A stretch of DNA of 64,000 nucleotides from Zygnema circumcarinatum SAG 698-1b. Lineage: Eukaryota > Plantae > Zygnematophyceae. Below are positions 1 through 18,400 of this stretch, piece by piece (within the stretch, counting starts at the first letter, position 1; each line of letters begins with the position of its first letter). Where the stretch lies: assembly GCA_037447605.1 (NCBI GenBank), contig CM074812.1, positions 2,108,001 to 2,172,000 of the forward strand. The letters run 5' to 3'. A program made the translations under genes and the position numbers. The notes beneath the pieces were generated by a model, which was given only the letters and a program-made list of their open reading frames with translations, did no database searches and was not told the DNA's origin.

Positions 1-577
1 CTGAAACTCAATCCTATAGATGCGCATCGAGCGGGAACAAACGCATGCTTCCGAAAAGCGCAGTTCTCATGGGTGAGCTCCCTAACTCCCTCACAACCCT
101 CCCCCTCCCTCTCCCCTCCCCCCTCCCCCCTCCCTNNNNNNNNNNCCCTCCCCTCCCCTCCCTCTCTCCTCCCATCCCTCCCTTCTCCCTTCTCCCTTCT
201 CCCTTCTCCCCTCCCCCCTTCCTTCCCTCCCCTACCTCCCTATAACCCTTAATAAACCCAACGACCCTTTCCTTAAAAGACCCACTTGCCCCACTGTGCT
301 GCAGGTCACGGATAGCGACCGCCCAGAACGCAACATTGTCGTTTCCGTGGGACAGTTCTCCGTTGTGTGGAATTTTCGGCGAGTGAAGCAGACAGAGCAC
401 GAATGCTACCGCTCGGCCGTCGGCGGATTCAAAACATGTTTTTGTTACCGAGTGGTTTCCGGGGAAGAGGCAATCGTGGAGAGCAGGTTCATGCACGACA
501 ATTTCATGGGATTTGGGTCCCCTGTTGCGCCGCTAATCGTTGCCACGCCGGACGTCGTCTCCTCATTCAATGTCTGA
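1..577 (+). CDS. CYPRO4/DEM-like (VID27 family) protein, last two exons (5' partial)
   Basis: Exons 1-72 (LKLNPIDAHRAGTNACFRKAQFSW|gtgag) and 305-577 (cag|VTDSDRPERNIVVSVGQFSVVWNFRRVK...ECY...CFCYRVV...IVESRFMHDNF...APLIVATP..VSSFNV*). These match the recalled plant CYPRO4/DEM C-terminus. Confidence 0.85.
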
Positions 578-1700
578 AGTCAGGGTTCAGGGTTTAGGGT
601 TTAGGGTTCAGGGTGGAGAGTGGGGGGTCTATAATGTAGGGTTCAGTTGTGAAGTCAGTTGAGAAGTCAGTTGTGAAGTCTTCAGTTACGGACTGACGTT
701 AATAACAGGGGGGTGAACTCTTTGAATACCTCTCTCGCACGCTTCAGAGCTCGACTGCTGTAAGAGAGGGATGGGGATGAAGTGAGGAGACGGGAGGAAA
801 GGAGGTGGGGAGGGAGGCAAGGAGAAAGGGAAGGATGGAGGGAGGAGGTAGAGAGGGAGGGAGGGAGGAAGGAGTGTGAGAGAGGGGCTTGGAGCTGTGG
901 TCACGGAAACGCACGAGCGGTGACAGGTTTTCTGAACATGTAAAGAGCAGATGTATGTAGATGTAGGTCATGCATTGGTCATCATCATCATCATCATCAT
1001 GACCCATGGGTATATGTGGCATGCATGCGCCATGCATGTAGTCGCTGTCTGCACGTTTGTACACTCAACAGAACCAGAATAATCTTTTTGCCTGAATCGA
1101 TTTTTCAATTTTTCATGCACATGATGACTAGCTGATGATTAAGTAACTGGCTAACTAAAACTGTGACAGAAAACAACCACAGTTCTCCTCTGACCTCCTC
1201 TCTGGACCCCTGTTGAGAAGAAATATGAGCCTTCCCATCGGACATCTCCTGTGCTGACATCAGCCCTAAAGCCTAAAACATTCTCTTTCTCATTTTCTTT
1301 CTGAACCCTAACGCTCTCAAGGAGCTCCTCTCTTAAAAAGAAAGAAAAAAAACTCAATATTAAAAAAGGGACGAAAAACTCCGTCACTCAAACAGCCTAA
1401 AGTACTCCCTGCGCACTCTCTCTCTCTCTCTGACTCTCTGTCTCTCTCTCTCTTCCTTCCTCTCTCACTGCGGCTCTCGCTCTCTCTCTCTCGCTCTTTC
1501 TCGCTTTCTATCTCGTACTGCGCTCATCCCCCGCACTCTCTCTGCCTCTTTCATCCATCTTCTCACTCTCTGTAACCTTTCATGCCCAGCCGCTACATTC
1601 CTCTCCTTCTCTCCCCTTTGTAGGTCTCTCTCCCCCCAACCCCTCTCTCTCTCCCTCTCTCTCTCTCACTCCCGTTCTCTCTCTCGCTCTCCCTCACGCT

Positions 1701-5455
<3,755 letters not shown>

Positions 5456-5849
5456 CCTCCCCTTCTCTCTCTCACTCTCCCCCTCTCTTCCTCTCTCTCC
5501 CTCCCTCTTCTCTCGCCTCTCTCTCCCTCCCAAAACTCTCACTCTCTCTCTTTCGCTCTCCCTGCCCTCCCAACCTCCCTCTCGCCGTGAACCCTGCACT
5601 GCCTCTGAGAGGGTTTGAGCCTGAAAGGCGCAGTGCCCCCCCACGTGTCGCTTGTGGCCCTTTCAGTCGTCACGTGGCGCCCTCCAAAGCCGCGTCCTCC
5701 CTCAAGCCGAGGCTTGGCCAATGAGAATGCGCCACGTAGGCGTCCGTATCAATTTTTCGTGTTGAAGCTGTTGTTGGGGCTGGTAGCAAAGGTCCTCGAA
5801 CATGGTCTCACATTGGTTGTACATTTCCGTACACAATCAACATTCAGAT

Positions 5850-6208
5850 CCGGCACACAATCGAATAATATATGGCATATCTTAAATTTACGAATCAAAT
5901 ACGATCGGATGTTTTCCTAAGCGTTGGGATCCTTTATGACCGGAACACAATCTAAATAAGTTTAGGAATATCAGGAAGATTCGAATCAGATACAACCAGA
6001 TTTTTTTTCCATGGGATCCTTTACGGAAGGAACACAATCGAATAGTGTTTTGTTTATCTGAAAAAAAAAACCAGATACGATTGGATCTGTTTCCGGGCGT
6101 TGGGATCCTACGTGTCCGGAACACAATCTTAACATTGTACGAAATATCTTCACGATACGAATCAGATACGATCGGATGTTTTTCCAAGCATTGGGATCCT
6201 TAACGATC
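5850..6208. repeat. ~89-bp degenerate tandem repeat (about 4 copies) between the divergent HHL1 and SET genes
   Basis: Recurring gaatcagatacgatcggatgttttcc..gttgggatcct....ccggaacacaatc at about 5890, 5981, 6071 and 6157. Confidence 0.75.
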
Positions 6209-7037
6209 CTGACTGGAGGGCTTTGACATGGAACATGCAGACAGTCGCAGTTCCATCAAACAGAGCTCAGTTAAGGGTCGTCAGATTCCCACTAGCTGTC
6301 CGTACAACCATATCTACTGTACTGACTGAATTCTCCAAACATAATATCCAGAACTAATATATTTGCCTTATACAAGTTCGACTCAAACCGATATTGAAAA
6401 ATACTGATTGTGAAAAACGTACCCGAAAACATTTTCGTACTGTACTTCTCCAACATGTACGGACATATACTGTACTGTACTGTACTGTAGGTACTTTTCC
6501 AAACCCGTACAGTATTTTACCGTTACAGTACTGTATCGGAACAGTTCAGTAATTTGTTGCCTTTTTAAAAGTCCAAATTCTCCAATTTCCAGCACCTTAA
6601 TAATTACAAAAGTGTTTCTCCCTGCTTCAATGCCTGCCTGCCTGCCTGCCTGCCTGCAGGAGCTGCCCTGCCCTGCAATCGCATGGGTATGCTCGCGGAT
6701 ATGTGATGTGATATATATGATCATCATGGTGATATGATGATGTGAGGTGGTGATCACGATGATATGATCATGATGTGATATGGTATGATGATGACGATGA
6801 TGATGATGAGGATGATGATGATGATGATGATGATGTTGATATCATCATAGCGAAGGCGGAGAAAAAGGAGGACTGCGCCTTTCAGATAGTTGTACTCTTG
6901 TCTCGCTGCATTCAGATGTGAATATATATATGTATAGCCGGCGGGCGTGCATTACCCCCAGGATTTGGTTCGAGGAGCTTTGACCTATTGAGTTGGAAAG
7001 GCGGCTGCTTGGTGGGGGAATAGTGGGAGGCGATAGA

Positions 7038-7146
<109 letters not shown>

Positions 7147-7410
7147 AGAGAGAATGAGAGAGAGAGATTGGTGAGAGGGCGAGAGAGAGACGGAGGAGAG
7201 GGAGGGAGGGAGAGAGTGGGCCACATGTGCTGACGAATGTGTAACAGGAGTGTCTTTTGCCGATTTTTATGCGGAAAATGTTGTCGTTCACTTGGAGGAA
7301 TTGAGGTTCAGGTTGACTTCATTCTTCGACCAGCCGATGTTTGAGAGCAAGGAATGGGAGGAACTATCAACCGTCTTCACAAAAAATAGGGTTAAGACGC
7401 CTTTCCGAAA

Positions 7411-7443
<33 letters not shown>

Positions 7444-7470
7444 CAGGATTTAGGGTTTGAGTTAGGGTTA
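7411..7470. promoter_or_regulatory. Telo-box-like (TTAGGG/TTTAGGG) cluster upstream of the SET gene
   Basis: ttagggttagggtttagggttagggttaggg about 200 bp before ATG 7647. A regulatory role is inferred from plant telo-boxes only. Confidence 0.35.
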
Positions 7471-7646
7471 CCTCTACTTTTGAGCAGAAGTTGAGTTGAA
7501 GTTAAGCCTTTCCGGAAGATGAAATTTGAAAATAATTACAGATTCATCCAAGTAGACGCGGCAAGCGGTTCCCGCAACCTCAAACCACTTTAACAGCTAA
7601 CAAAACCCAGAAAAAAAACACTGAATATTTGAAAAATAGGAAAGTC

Positions 7647-9429
7647 ATGGCAGCCATGGCGGAGGTTCTTGAAGGAGCAGAAGCGGCAGAAGCAGCGGAG
7701 AGAAAGGGAGGGACTTCTGAAGAGGAGCTGAAGGGAGGGATGGAGAAGGAGAAGGAGGGAGGAGGGGGGGGCGGAGGGGCGGGAGAGAGCTTGGAGCAGG
7801 GTAAAGAGGAGGGAGGGAGGTTAGAGAAGGAAGTTAAAGAGGAGGGAGAGGAGGGTGTGAAGCGGGAGAGAGCTAGGAAGAACGTTAAGGAAGAGGGAGC
7901 GGAGGGAGAGAAGGTGCAGGGTGGGGAGGGAGGGGAGATAAAAAAGGGGCGTTTTAAAGAGGGCGGAGATAAGTTGGAGGGAGTGGAGGGGGAGAAAGAG
8001 GAAGAGAAAGAGGAGGGAGAAGGTCTATCGAGCTGCAGTATTTGGGTGCAGTGTGACCGGCCGCTTTGCAGGAAGTGGCGACGCGTTCCGGCGCTCATTG
8101 CAGAGGAATTGGATGAGCAGACAAGATGGTGCATGACTGCCTCTCTCTCTCCGCGCTCTCCTCTCGGCCCCCCTCTCTCTCTCTCTCACTCTCTCGCTCC
8201 TCTCTCCTCTCTGCCTCTCTGCCCACTCTCCATCCAGCTCTACAATATATATATTACAGTTAATTAGAGTGGAAAACTCGCACCAGGCGTGCAAATTATT
8301 ATCATTATGCATGCGCATTCATGGTCCAACTTCAACATCGTCAGCATGCATCACTCATCATGCATCATTCACCATGCCATATCCAGTATGCAACATCCAG
8401 CATCCAACAACTAACATTCATCATCCGTCATTCGACATTCAGACATGAAGGCTTTTAAATTATCGTAAGGAGCATGCAGCATACATCTGCAAGTGCCATA
8501 GACAAGAGATGATGTTGTCAGACCATGAGGGCTCCATGTCGGTGGGAGGGTAAAGGCCCCTCCTTTTACTGGAAGATTGCAAGCTTACTCCTATTTCAGC
8601 TACAAAAATGTTCTAGGCAACTCATGTCAATGTATAACTCATCATAGATGTTTTTCATAGATAAGCCTCTTCGGTGATGTCACTGATATCGGCGGCGACC
8701 TCTACCATTTCCATGGGTTGTTGCCGTCCCTTCTCATTACTTTTTTTATTTGGTTGGGTGGGTGGAGAGCAGGGTCTGCAAGGACAACCCAGACAAGAAC
8801 TATGCGAAGTGTTCCATTGCTCAGGAGATGTCAAATGAGGAGATCAATCGCGAGCTGGGCATTTCAGAAAGTGAGTCGGAAGAAGAGGATGAGGAGATGG
8901 AGGAGGAGAGAGGGATAGTGGGAGATCTCAATGGCGGGGCTGGCAATAAGAAGCCCTTCGAAGGGCAAGAGCTTGAAGCTGAGATTCCAGATCTAAAGGG
9001 TGAGCCTCCTTCCTCACACTCTCCCTCCCTCTCTCCTCGATGGCTTCTCCACCACCCCTCCCTCTCCCCTTGCACTGACTAGGACTCTGGACAGGTACAT
9101 AGGTTAAATCTGCTCCTGTTCAGCAGTAAATCTGACGCCTCCCTCCCTCCCTCCCTCCCTCCCTCCCTCCCTCCCTCCCTCATTGCAGGAAGGGGGCAGA
9201 ACACCTGGACTCTCATCAAACGCAACATTTTTCTTCACCGGGAACGGAAGCGGCAGAGGAGGAACGAGGTAATCTTTGCTAACAAACCCGAAAAACCCAT
9301 TACAGCTCACAATTGTGATGGTGAAACTCAGCGGTCCTTAGCCTTCCCCCTCTTTGGGGACTTAGATTTGAAGGTTCAGGGCAGCAGTAGGGCGCCTTTC
9401 TTTTCGTTATTTTTTCTCAATTTTCCCTT

Positions 9430-9496
<67 letters not shown>

Positions 9497-12400
9497 GTCT
9501 GCCTCTCTCCCTCTCTCGCTCTCGCTTTCTTTTCCCAACTTTTGGGGTTGCAGGTCATGGTGTGCCAGTGTCGGATCTGGCCCGAGGGCAGCGCGTGCGG
9601 AGAGGACTGTCTGAACCGCGTGCTGTACATCGAGTGCCGACCGGACCTCTGCCCCTGCGGGGAGGCCTGCACCAACCAGCAGGTGGGGGGATGAGAGGGA
9701 GGGAGGGAGGGAGGGAGGGAGGGAGGGAGGGACGGAGGAGGGAGGGAGAGAGGAAGGGAGGGAGGGAGGGAGGGAGGGAGGGAGGGAGGGGTGAGGGAAG
9801 GAGGGAGGGGTGAGGGAAGGAGGGATGGAGGGTTGAGGGAGGGCGAGAGAGGGGGGAAGGGAAGGGTAAGAGAGGGAGAGAGGGGGAGGGGAGGGGTGAG
9901 GATGGGAGAAGTGGCTGTGAAGGGGGAAAGAAAGGGAGGTGTGAGAAGGGGGGAAGCCCCTGCTGGTTTTGTCTGTCCAAAACCAGCAGATTGTTTGATG
10001 TATTTTTGCTGAAGGAGCAAGGGGTAGATTGTGAGTTTATGTAGGGAGAGGAGGGGGAGACAGAGAGAGAGTGGGGGGGGGAGAGAGAGAGAGAGAGAGA
10101 GACTGTTGTGAGATGACCGGATTCTTGGGATGTTGCAGTTTCAACGGAGGGCTTACAAACAGATGGAAATCATTCGTGCGGGAAAGAGAGGCTTTGGGCT
10201 CAAAATTCTTGAGAGTGTGGGGGGCGGAAGCTTTCTTTTGGAGTACGTGGGAGAGGTGAGCTATCGACCCTAATATGGACGTCTCTAAAGATGAATTAAG
10301 AGTGTTTTTTGAACCACATAATCTGAAGAATATTCTAATTTCTGGGTGTTCTTGTTGGGAGAGAGAAATGGATTTTTGGGCTTTTGGGAGTTGTTTCCGC
10401 ATGGGTTTTGAGAAATAATTCTTTATTTTGTTCATTTAGGGCTATGATATGTCTCATTAAATTAAGTTACTACTCTCCTGTTTTAGATATTGACCTTTAG
10501 GTGGATTGACTCTTAAACCGTTGCATAGGGCTCTACTGTTTCTGCCTATTGGCTCAAGTATAACTAAGGCTTGGCTAAGTTTAGTCATCCCTCGCGCTCT
10601 TTTCTTCAATCTCTTAGTCAGTTTGTGTTCGGTAAACTTCTAGAAGGCTTGAGAATTTTTTCTTGTATACAGGTGCTCGATGAAGCTGCTTTTGCTCTTC
10701 GACAAAAAGAGTATCGACGAAGGGGGCAGAAGCACTACTACTTCATGACTCTAAATAATGGCGAAGTATGGCCCCTTTTCTGAAAGGAGGGGAGGGAGGG
10801 TAGTAGAAAGAAGGGAGGGAGAGCCGAAACGGTGGGCCGGGAGAGTGGAGAGATTTAGGGAGGCAGAAGTTATGGAGAGGGAAATGTGAGAGGTATAGAG
10901 AGATAGAGAGAATGGGAGAGGGGAAACAGAGAGGGAGAGGCGGGAGTGGAGAGGGGGAGTAAGAGAGTGAGAAAGGAAGGAGGATGTGAGAGAGAAGTGG
11001 GGAGAGGAGGTGTAGTGAGTGTGAGAGGGAGAGCGAGAGAAGAGAGGAGAGGACGAGGGACTGAGTTTAGACGTTGCGAGAGGGAGAAGGTGAGAGGAAG
11101 AAAGACAGAATGAGAGCTCATTTTTCAAAGACTGCGATGCTTTTGTCCTTATTTCTCAACTTTCCTCCTCCGTCTCCTTCCCTTTCTGATGTATGGAATG
11201 GTTGCAGGTCATTGATGCCTGTGCCAAAGGCAATTACTCTCGATTCTTGAATCACAGCTGTGAACCCAACTGCAAGTTTGTGAAGGTAACAAGCCTTCGT
11301 GTCCTTCCAGGATCATCTTCTATTATCCCGTCTGTTCCGCTTCCGTTTCCATTCATCGGCCCTTTCCTTTATCCTTTTTCCCCTTTCCCGCACCCTCCTT
11401 CCCCTCCCCTCCCTTCCCTTCCCTCCTACCCCTCCCCTCCTCTCCAACCCCTCCGTTCTCTCCCCCCTCTCCCTCCTTTCTCTGCCCTCCCTCCCCTCCA
11501 TTCCCTCCCTTCCCTCCCTTCCCGCCCTCTGCACCCTTTCTTCCCTCCCCCTCCCTCCGTCTTCCCCTTCTTCCCTCCTCCCCCCCCGCCCTCCCCCTCT
11601 CTCCCCTCCCCTTCCTCCCTTTCCTTCCATCCCCCTCCCTTCCCTTTCCTCCCTTCCCCCCCCCTCCCCCTCCCTCTCCTCCTTCTCCTCCCTCTCCTTC
11701 CTCTCCTCCCTCTCCTCCCTCTCCTCCCTCTCCTCCCTCCCCTCCCTCCACATCCACCCCTCCCTTGGGAACTCGGTTGCCTCCATTAATACCACCACAC
11801 TAACTACGCACACACACTAATTAAAGTTGCTTGTGTGGGCCATACTATGATAATTTTCACAGTAATTGAGTACCCACACTAAATGAGATCAATGGTGTAA
11901 TTAATGGTGTAATTATGGTGTGATTAATGGTGTAATTCTTACTCATTTTATGTATTTATTTTTATATTTATATTTGAGCAGTGGACAGTCGGAGGCGAAC
12001 TTTGTCTCGGACTCTTCGCTATTCGAGCAATCCAAGCGGTAAGTTTCCTCCTCCTCCTTCAAAAGCTTAACCCTGATCTCTCTCTCTCTCTCTCTCTCTC
12101 TCCCCCACCTCTGACCAAACTCAGTCCTTTGAACCGAAATTTTTTAACCATAGTAATTGTTATTCGTCGATTTCGATGTCTTTCAGCCACTCACTCTCAC
12201 CCCCCTCTCTCCCCCTACCACTATGTGTGTCTCCCTCAGGGAGAGGAGCTAACTTTCGACTATAACTATGAGAGATTTGGAGGAGCTGTGCCCAAACGAT
12301 GCTATTGTGGTGCTCCTAGCTGTAGAGGCTCGATACGAAGTGCAGCTTCAGGGTCACTACCAAATGGGTCGTTAGAAAAAGGGGAGGAAAAGAGAGAGAG

Positions 12401-15400
12401 AGAGGAGGAGGACGACGAGGAGAGGGAGTTTCCCATTATGTTGGTGGAAGAGAGTGAAGATGAGAGAAGCAGTGACGAAGAGGAGAGGGCGGGGCCGCCC
12501 CATAAAAGACACAAGTCTTCTGTGAGAGAGAATGGAGAAGCAAATGGAGCTTCTAAGAAGAGAGAGAGAGAGAGGGAAAGAGAGAGGGAGGACGGAGTGG
12601 AGGGGAGTTCCCCTGTGAGGAGGAAGATTGAACAAGGGGATGCATTAGAGAGAGAGTTGAATAGTTTTGGGAGGAAGAAGGGAGTGGGAGGACAGAAAGG
12701 GGGTGTTGGGAGGGAGAGGGAGAAGAAAGCAGGACATTCCATGCTGCAGAAAGGCGCAGTTTCAGTTTCAGTTTCAGTTGGTGCAGCGAAATCGAACGGA
12801 AACTTGCCCCGCAGTGATGGTGAGTTGAATTGCACGGAGTTGTGGGATTTTTTTCTTTCCTTCATTTTCTGGTGAAATCCTAAATCTTTACTTTTTTGCG
12901 ATGATTTCAGTGGAGAACCGGCTCGAGCGACTTCTCGACGGCAGCGGAGGGTTAAAGAAGCAGCCGGTCAGCATGGAAATCCCAACTTTTAAAACCCTAA
13001 TTTTTCCGAACCAATTTTTTTTATGGGTTTGAGGCTTTAGAGGTTGTCTCAGGGATCTCGAATAATTAACTCCAAAAAAAGCCTAAAAGAAACCCATTTT
13101 TCGCTCTCTGTCTGTCTCTCCCTCTCTCCCTCTCCCTCTCTCCCTCTCCCTCTCCCTCTCCCTCTCTCCCTCTCCCTCTCCCATACCACCGGACGAATCG
13201 GCTCTCACTTTTTGTACGGCTTCCTATCCTGCAGGACACCGCTCAAGAATTTTTGCGCATTTTTGAGAAATTAATTTCAAATTCTCCAAATTCCAGTCAG
13301 GGAGTTCATCCTCTCAGGTGATAATCTCAACTTTTATTTATTTATGTATTTTCCTTACTTGCTTTCCTCTTCCACCCCACTCCTCCCATTCGGCCTCTCC
13401 ATTCCTCCTCTCTCTCCCGCTTCTCCCTCCTCCTCCCTCCTCTCTCCCATCCCTCTCCTACCCCCACCACTCGTCTCCTACTTCCGTCTCTCCCTCTCCC
13501 TTCACCTCCCCAATCGCTACCCTTGCTTTTCTAACTGTCCTCTACCTTCTCCCAACAATACCTTTTAACTTTAGTGAACACTTTATGGTTATATGGGTAT
13601 AAATGGGGTATACAGCGGCTCGGATCTCGGTGTTCTTTTTGATGCTTTGCTAAAAACCACCTCTCGGAGCACTCTCCGACAATTCATAGAATTGAACGGT
13701 GAGTGGTTTCTCTTTCCCTCGTCCTCTCCCTCAGTCTCTCCCCGCTTTCTCCTTCTTTTTCCAGAAAACCCTAACTTTGCTTTATTTTGTCTTCACAACT
13801 TTCACAAACCCTATATTGAATGTGCATATGCTTCATCGCTTTCAGGTTCTCTCGTTACCTTCTCTCTTTCCTTCCCTGCTTCCTGCTAAGTTCGTCTATA
13901 AGGGATACTCCAACCTTCTCCCTCTCCTTTCCTCTCACTCATCCCCACACTCTCTCGTCGCCATTTTCTCTCCCTTCACCCTCTCCTCCTTGCCTCTCGC
14001 TGGTTTCGTCTCGAACCCTCCCTCCCTCCCTCCCTCCCTCCCTCCCTCCCTCCCTCCTTCCATCCCTCCCTCCCTCTCATTTTATGATTTTAACCTGTCG
14101 GGTTTTGCAGGTTTGGGCCTTCTACAAGATGTTGTCGAGCAGCTTGGCTGTGATTTGACAAGGACACCGCTCATTCGTAAAGTGCTGCGTGTAAGTCTCC
14201 CTCTTTCTCTCTCTCTCTCTCTCTCTCTCCCTCTCCCCACTTTTTTTTCTTCTTTCTTTTCTCCATTGCATTAGAAGTTATACTGGCTGCCGGCATTCTT
14301 ACTGGAAGGCGGAGCTGGAGAGAGAGAGAGAGTGTGTGCGCGAAAGAGAGGGATGGAGGAGGGGCGGAGGGAGAGGAAGATGGGGAGGGGGAGGGAGAGG
14401 ATGAGGGGGAGGGGGAGAGCTGAGGAGGGAGAGAAGGGGGGAGGAAGCTGACGAGAGTTTTGAGTTGATGAGTGTACGTAGATTTTTGCTTTGCAGATTC
14501 TTGAGCTTTTCAATGAGAAGGATATCCTTACCAGTAAAGTGGTCAATTCGTCTTTATCCGGTCGAACTGAAGAGTGCGCCCTCTACCTCCTCCCTCTCCC
14601 TCTCCTTCTCCCTCTCCCTCTCCCTCTACCTCTCCCTTATTTTTCAACCTTTGGAGTGAGAGAGGTTTTGGTCTCATGGAAAGGACATGCGCTGAGAAAA
14701 AGTTTTTGTGTTGATTTTGCTTTCTTTTTTTTCATCAGCTTTTCAGCTGTTATTCGCTCCCTCCATCGCCACAAGGATCAATGGGTATGTTGTTCCCTTC
14801 ATCTCATACATCATAGAGAATAAGCTGAACCCTCATCATACTCAATAACCACATTATTAACATCACCATTCATGTACATCACTTAATGCATCGTCAAACC
14901 CTCCCTCCCTCCCTCCCTTCCTCCCTCCCTCAACATCATGATGCATTACAGAAGGTCGACATTATCGTAATTTATAACACATAATCAGCAACTTGCATTA
15001 TTGCAACATTCGACATCATCATCATCCATCAGAAACTCATTATCGTCATCATCATGATGTCACACAGCACATGGCTGACATTACTTACCATCAAACATGT
15101 CTAGAAAACCCTACAAACCCTCAAAAACCTAAATACCTTAAAAACCCCACATTCCCTAAAAATCCGAAAAACTTAACTACAGAACCATTTCTCTATTCTT
15201 ATTCTTTTTTTATACTTTTTTTGGTGGCTGTAGATACAGCGCATGGTTTACGACTTCTGCTGTTGTTGGGGCATATCTGAAGGCTTGGACCGCCCATACA
15301 TTGCACATAGAGAGGGAGGAGCTCATGGAGGGAGAGAGGGAGGGAGAGATGGAGGGAGAGATGGAGGGAGAGGCTATGGAGGGAGCAGCCATGGAGTTGG

Positions 15401-18400
15401 GAGAAGCGGAGGAAAGTTCCAAGGCCGCGTTCGCATGAAAGGGCCGGAATTTCTACGGAGGCCGTTTAACGGAGAACAGAACGGAGTACATAGAAAGGGT
15501 TTAGGGGCTTCTTTTGGCCCGGGTTTAGGCACATCATCTGATGGGAGAGAGAGCCCGAAGGGAGAGACTTCACATAAGTATGCAAAGGAGGGTTTACAGT
15601 CTTCGCTTCATCCGCCAGGAGTGGTTTCCAAGGAGCGAGAGATAGGGAGGGAGAGGGAGAAGGAGAGAGAGAAGGCGGCAGATAGGGAGGAGAGGGTGCA
15701 CACTGACAAGGAGGTGACGGAGAAGGAGATGAATAGTGAGGTTAAGGAAAGGGAGAGGGAGAGGGAGAGGGAAAGGGAGAGGGAGAGGGATAGGGAGAGT
15801 GTGAAGGAGAGGGAGACGGAGCGGGAGAGGGAGAGGGAGAGAGATCGTGAGAAGGAGAGCGTGAGGGAGTGGGAGAAGGAGAGGGAGAGGGAAAGGGATC
15901 GGGAGAGGGAGAGGGAGAGAGAGAGAGACAGGGAGAAGGAGAGGGAGAGGGAGAAGATTCCGCAGCGGTCGGGCAATGTGAATGAGAATGGAGGGCCAAT
16001 CAAAAGCTTCTCTTCTTGTCTCGATGTGGAGGAGGCCAAAAGGACAGCCCTCAAACTGGCTGCCTCCTTTGTTGCGAAATATGAGAGGGAGAGGGAGAAG
16101 GTGCGGGAGGGGGAGAGGGAGGGGGAGGGAACTCAGAATAAGGAGGAAACTCTAAAAAATGTTGGAAGAGGGCAAGGGTGGGAGGGAGGAGGGAGGGAGT
16201 CTCAGAGTGGGAGAGAACACCATTCTGTTGATAGGAGGGGGCCGAGGCAACAGAGGGGGCAAAGTCATTCAAGTCAACAAGGTCAACCAAGTCAATGGGA
16301 TCTTTCGGAAGACTTGAACTTTCAAGGAGGGAGAAAGGAAGGTTCAGTTTACCCTAATAATGGAGCAAACCCTCCTCCCCCATCAAGCTCATCCATCACT
16401 CCCTCCTCTCATGACTCTGCCTTTCCCTTCTCCCCTGCTCCTCCTCCTCTCCCTCCTCCTCCCCCTCCTTCTATCCCTACAGCTCCTGCAGTTACCCCTC
16501 CCTCCCACATGCCTCTCCCTCCTCCTCCCGCTTCCTTCGCCTCCCACGGAGCTCCCCTCTCCCACCCTTTCCCTTATCAAGGAGTTTCTCCCTTCCCCCC
16601 TCAAATCTCTCACACTTACTCTCATCTTCAGCCTCCTTCAGCACCGACTTGGTTTCCTCCCCTCCCTTCCACTCCCCGACCTCTCCCTCCAACCACTACC
16701 ACTCTCAATCCGTCCGCTACTACCGATTCAACTGGCAGACATACGTTCCCAAGTGACTTGTCACTCCCTCCCAAGTCAGATCCCTCTCTCTCTCTCCCGC
16801 CAGGTGTGGTAGATACGTCTTCACATATACCTCTTAACCCTCACCTCTCCCACAATGGGGAATCTCTCCCACCCATGCAAGGAATCGTTCCTCCATTCCA
16901 CTCCCCTCTTACAGTCTACCCTCATCCTCTCCCTCTCCCCCTAGTCAGCTCTACTCATCCTTCTCCTTCTCCAGTAATGTCAAGTGGAGCCCATTTTTTC
17001 CCACAAGCAGGTCCTTCAGTTATGCAAGATGGACATACTCACACTTTACCCACTACCTCTACCAATCATACTCCTCACCTTCCTCTCCCTCCTCTCCCAA
17101 AACCCCCTCAACCGGCAACAGCAACAACCACAGCTGCCGGAGGGGAAATGCCTATAGCCAACAATGCTAGGAAGGAGGGAGAGGGAGAGGGAGAGGGAGG
17201 AGGAGGGAGGGAGGGAGAGAGAGACTTGGCATTGGAGAGAAAGAGCACTCCTCCTCCTCCTCCTCTCTCTGCTGTTCATCTTGGAGGAGGAGCCTATGGT
17301 CCCACCAGTTCCACGCTCGTAGAACCAGTTTCAGTTTCAGTTTCAGTTTCAGTTCCGGAAACCAAAAAGTCTGACTGGGACAGTCCCCCTCGACCGGCAC
17401 GAGTCCGAAAAGCGGTCGACCCGAATGAGACTTGGGACACACCGGAATCGGCGGATTTTAAAGATGCGGTGAGGCAGGCAGAGGGAGAGGAAGAGGGAGA
17501 GAAAGAGAGCGGAGAGCGGGAGCGGGAGAGGGTGAACTAACGGGAGATAATCCATTAAGGCTTTTAACTTGTGTTTTCAGGGTTTGGGTGTTTAGGGTTT
17601 TGAATACCCTAAAACCCCAAAAAAAAAGTAACTGAAATGCTCTTTTTAACATAACACGACATCCCTTTGTTGCCTTTGTCCTTGCTCTCGTCTTTCAAAG
17701 TGGGATAGGAAAGGGACATTTGTAAAAGCTGCAATTTGGGTTTTCACGGATTTTAGGGTTTTGGTTCATAGGGTTCAGAGGGGGGGCTGTGGTTGGGTAT
17801 GCAGGTGGTGAATTTGGTCCGATATCGCGTCAGCAAGTACAGAGAGGTTTGTCATTTCTACAAACATGCTCTTTTCCATGTTTCCCTCTCTCTTTCTCTC
17901 TCTCTCTCTCTCTCAGCTCACTCTCCCACCCCCTACCTCCTGCTCGCTCATTTCAGTCCTCTCTGAGGCAAAACTCTGAAGTCCTGATTTGCTATGAAGA
18001 GAGAGCGAGTGAGAGTTGGAGAGAGGGAGAGTGAGCGAGAGAGAGAAGACTATTGCATGTTACACTCAGCATGCTTCTCACCAGTGACTGTTCATTCCTA
18101 ATTGTGGGGGAGAGGGAGTATGTTCAACAGCTGCACCGGAAAGAGGTCGAGAAGATATGCAATAAGTTGGGACCCCTTGTTATCAGCAAGGAGACAAAAA
18201 AACACGAAGAGAGGAAAAAGCAGGTGGGAGGGGATTCATGCTTTCCTCTTGTCTGCTTCAAAGAACTGGTTCTATGCGGCTCCGTTCCGTTCCACCCGTT
18301 CTGTTCCGTTCCATGCTGTTCCGTTCCATGCTGTTCCGTTCCGTTTCATTTCGTTCCGTTCCGTTCTGTTCCATTTTGTTCCGTTCCGCTCTGCTCCATT

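Noticed and set aside
14-1400. Additional minus-strand gene downstream of HHL1
   Set aside because: The candidate exons are antisense to CYPRO4 or lie in UTR/intergenic DNA and form no recognisable protein.
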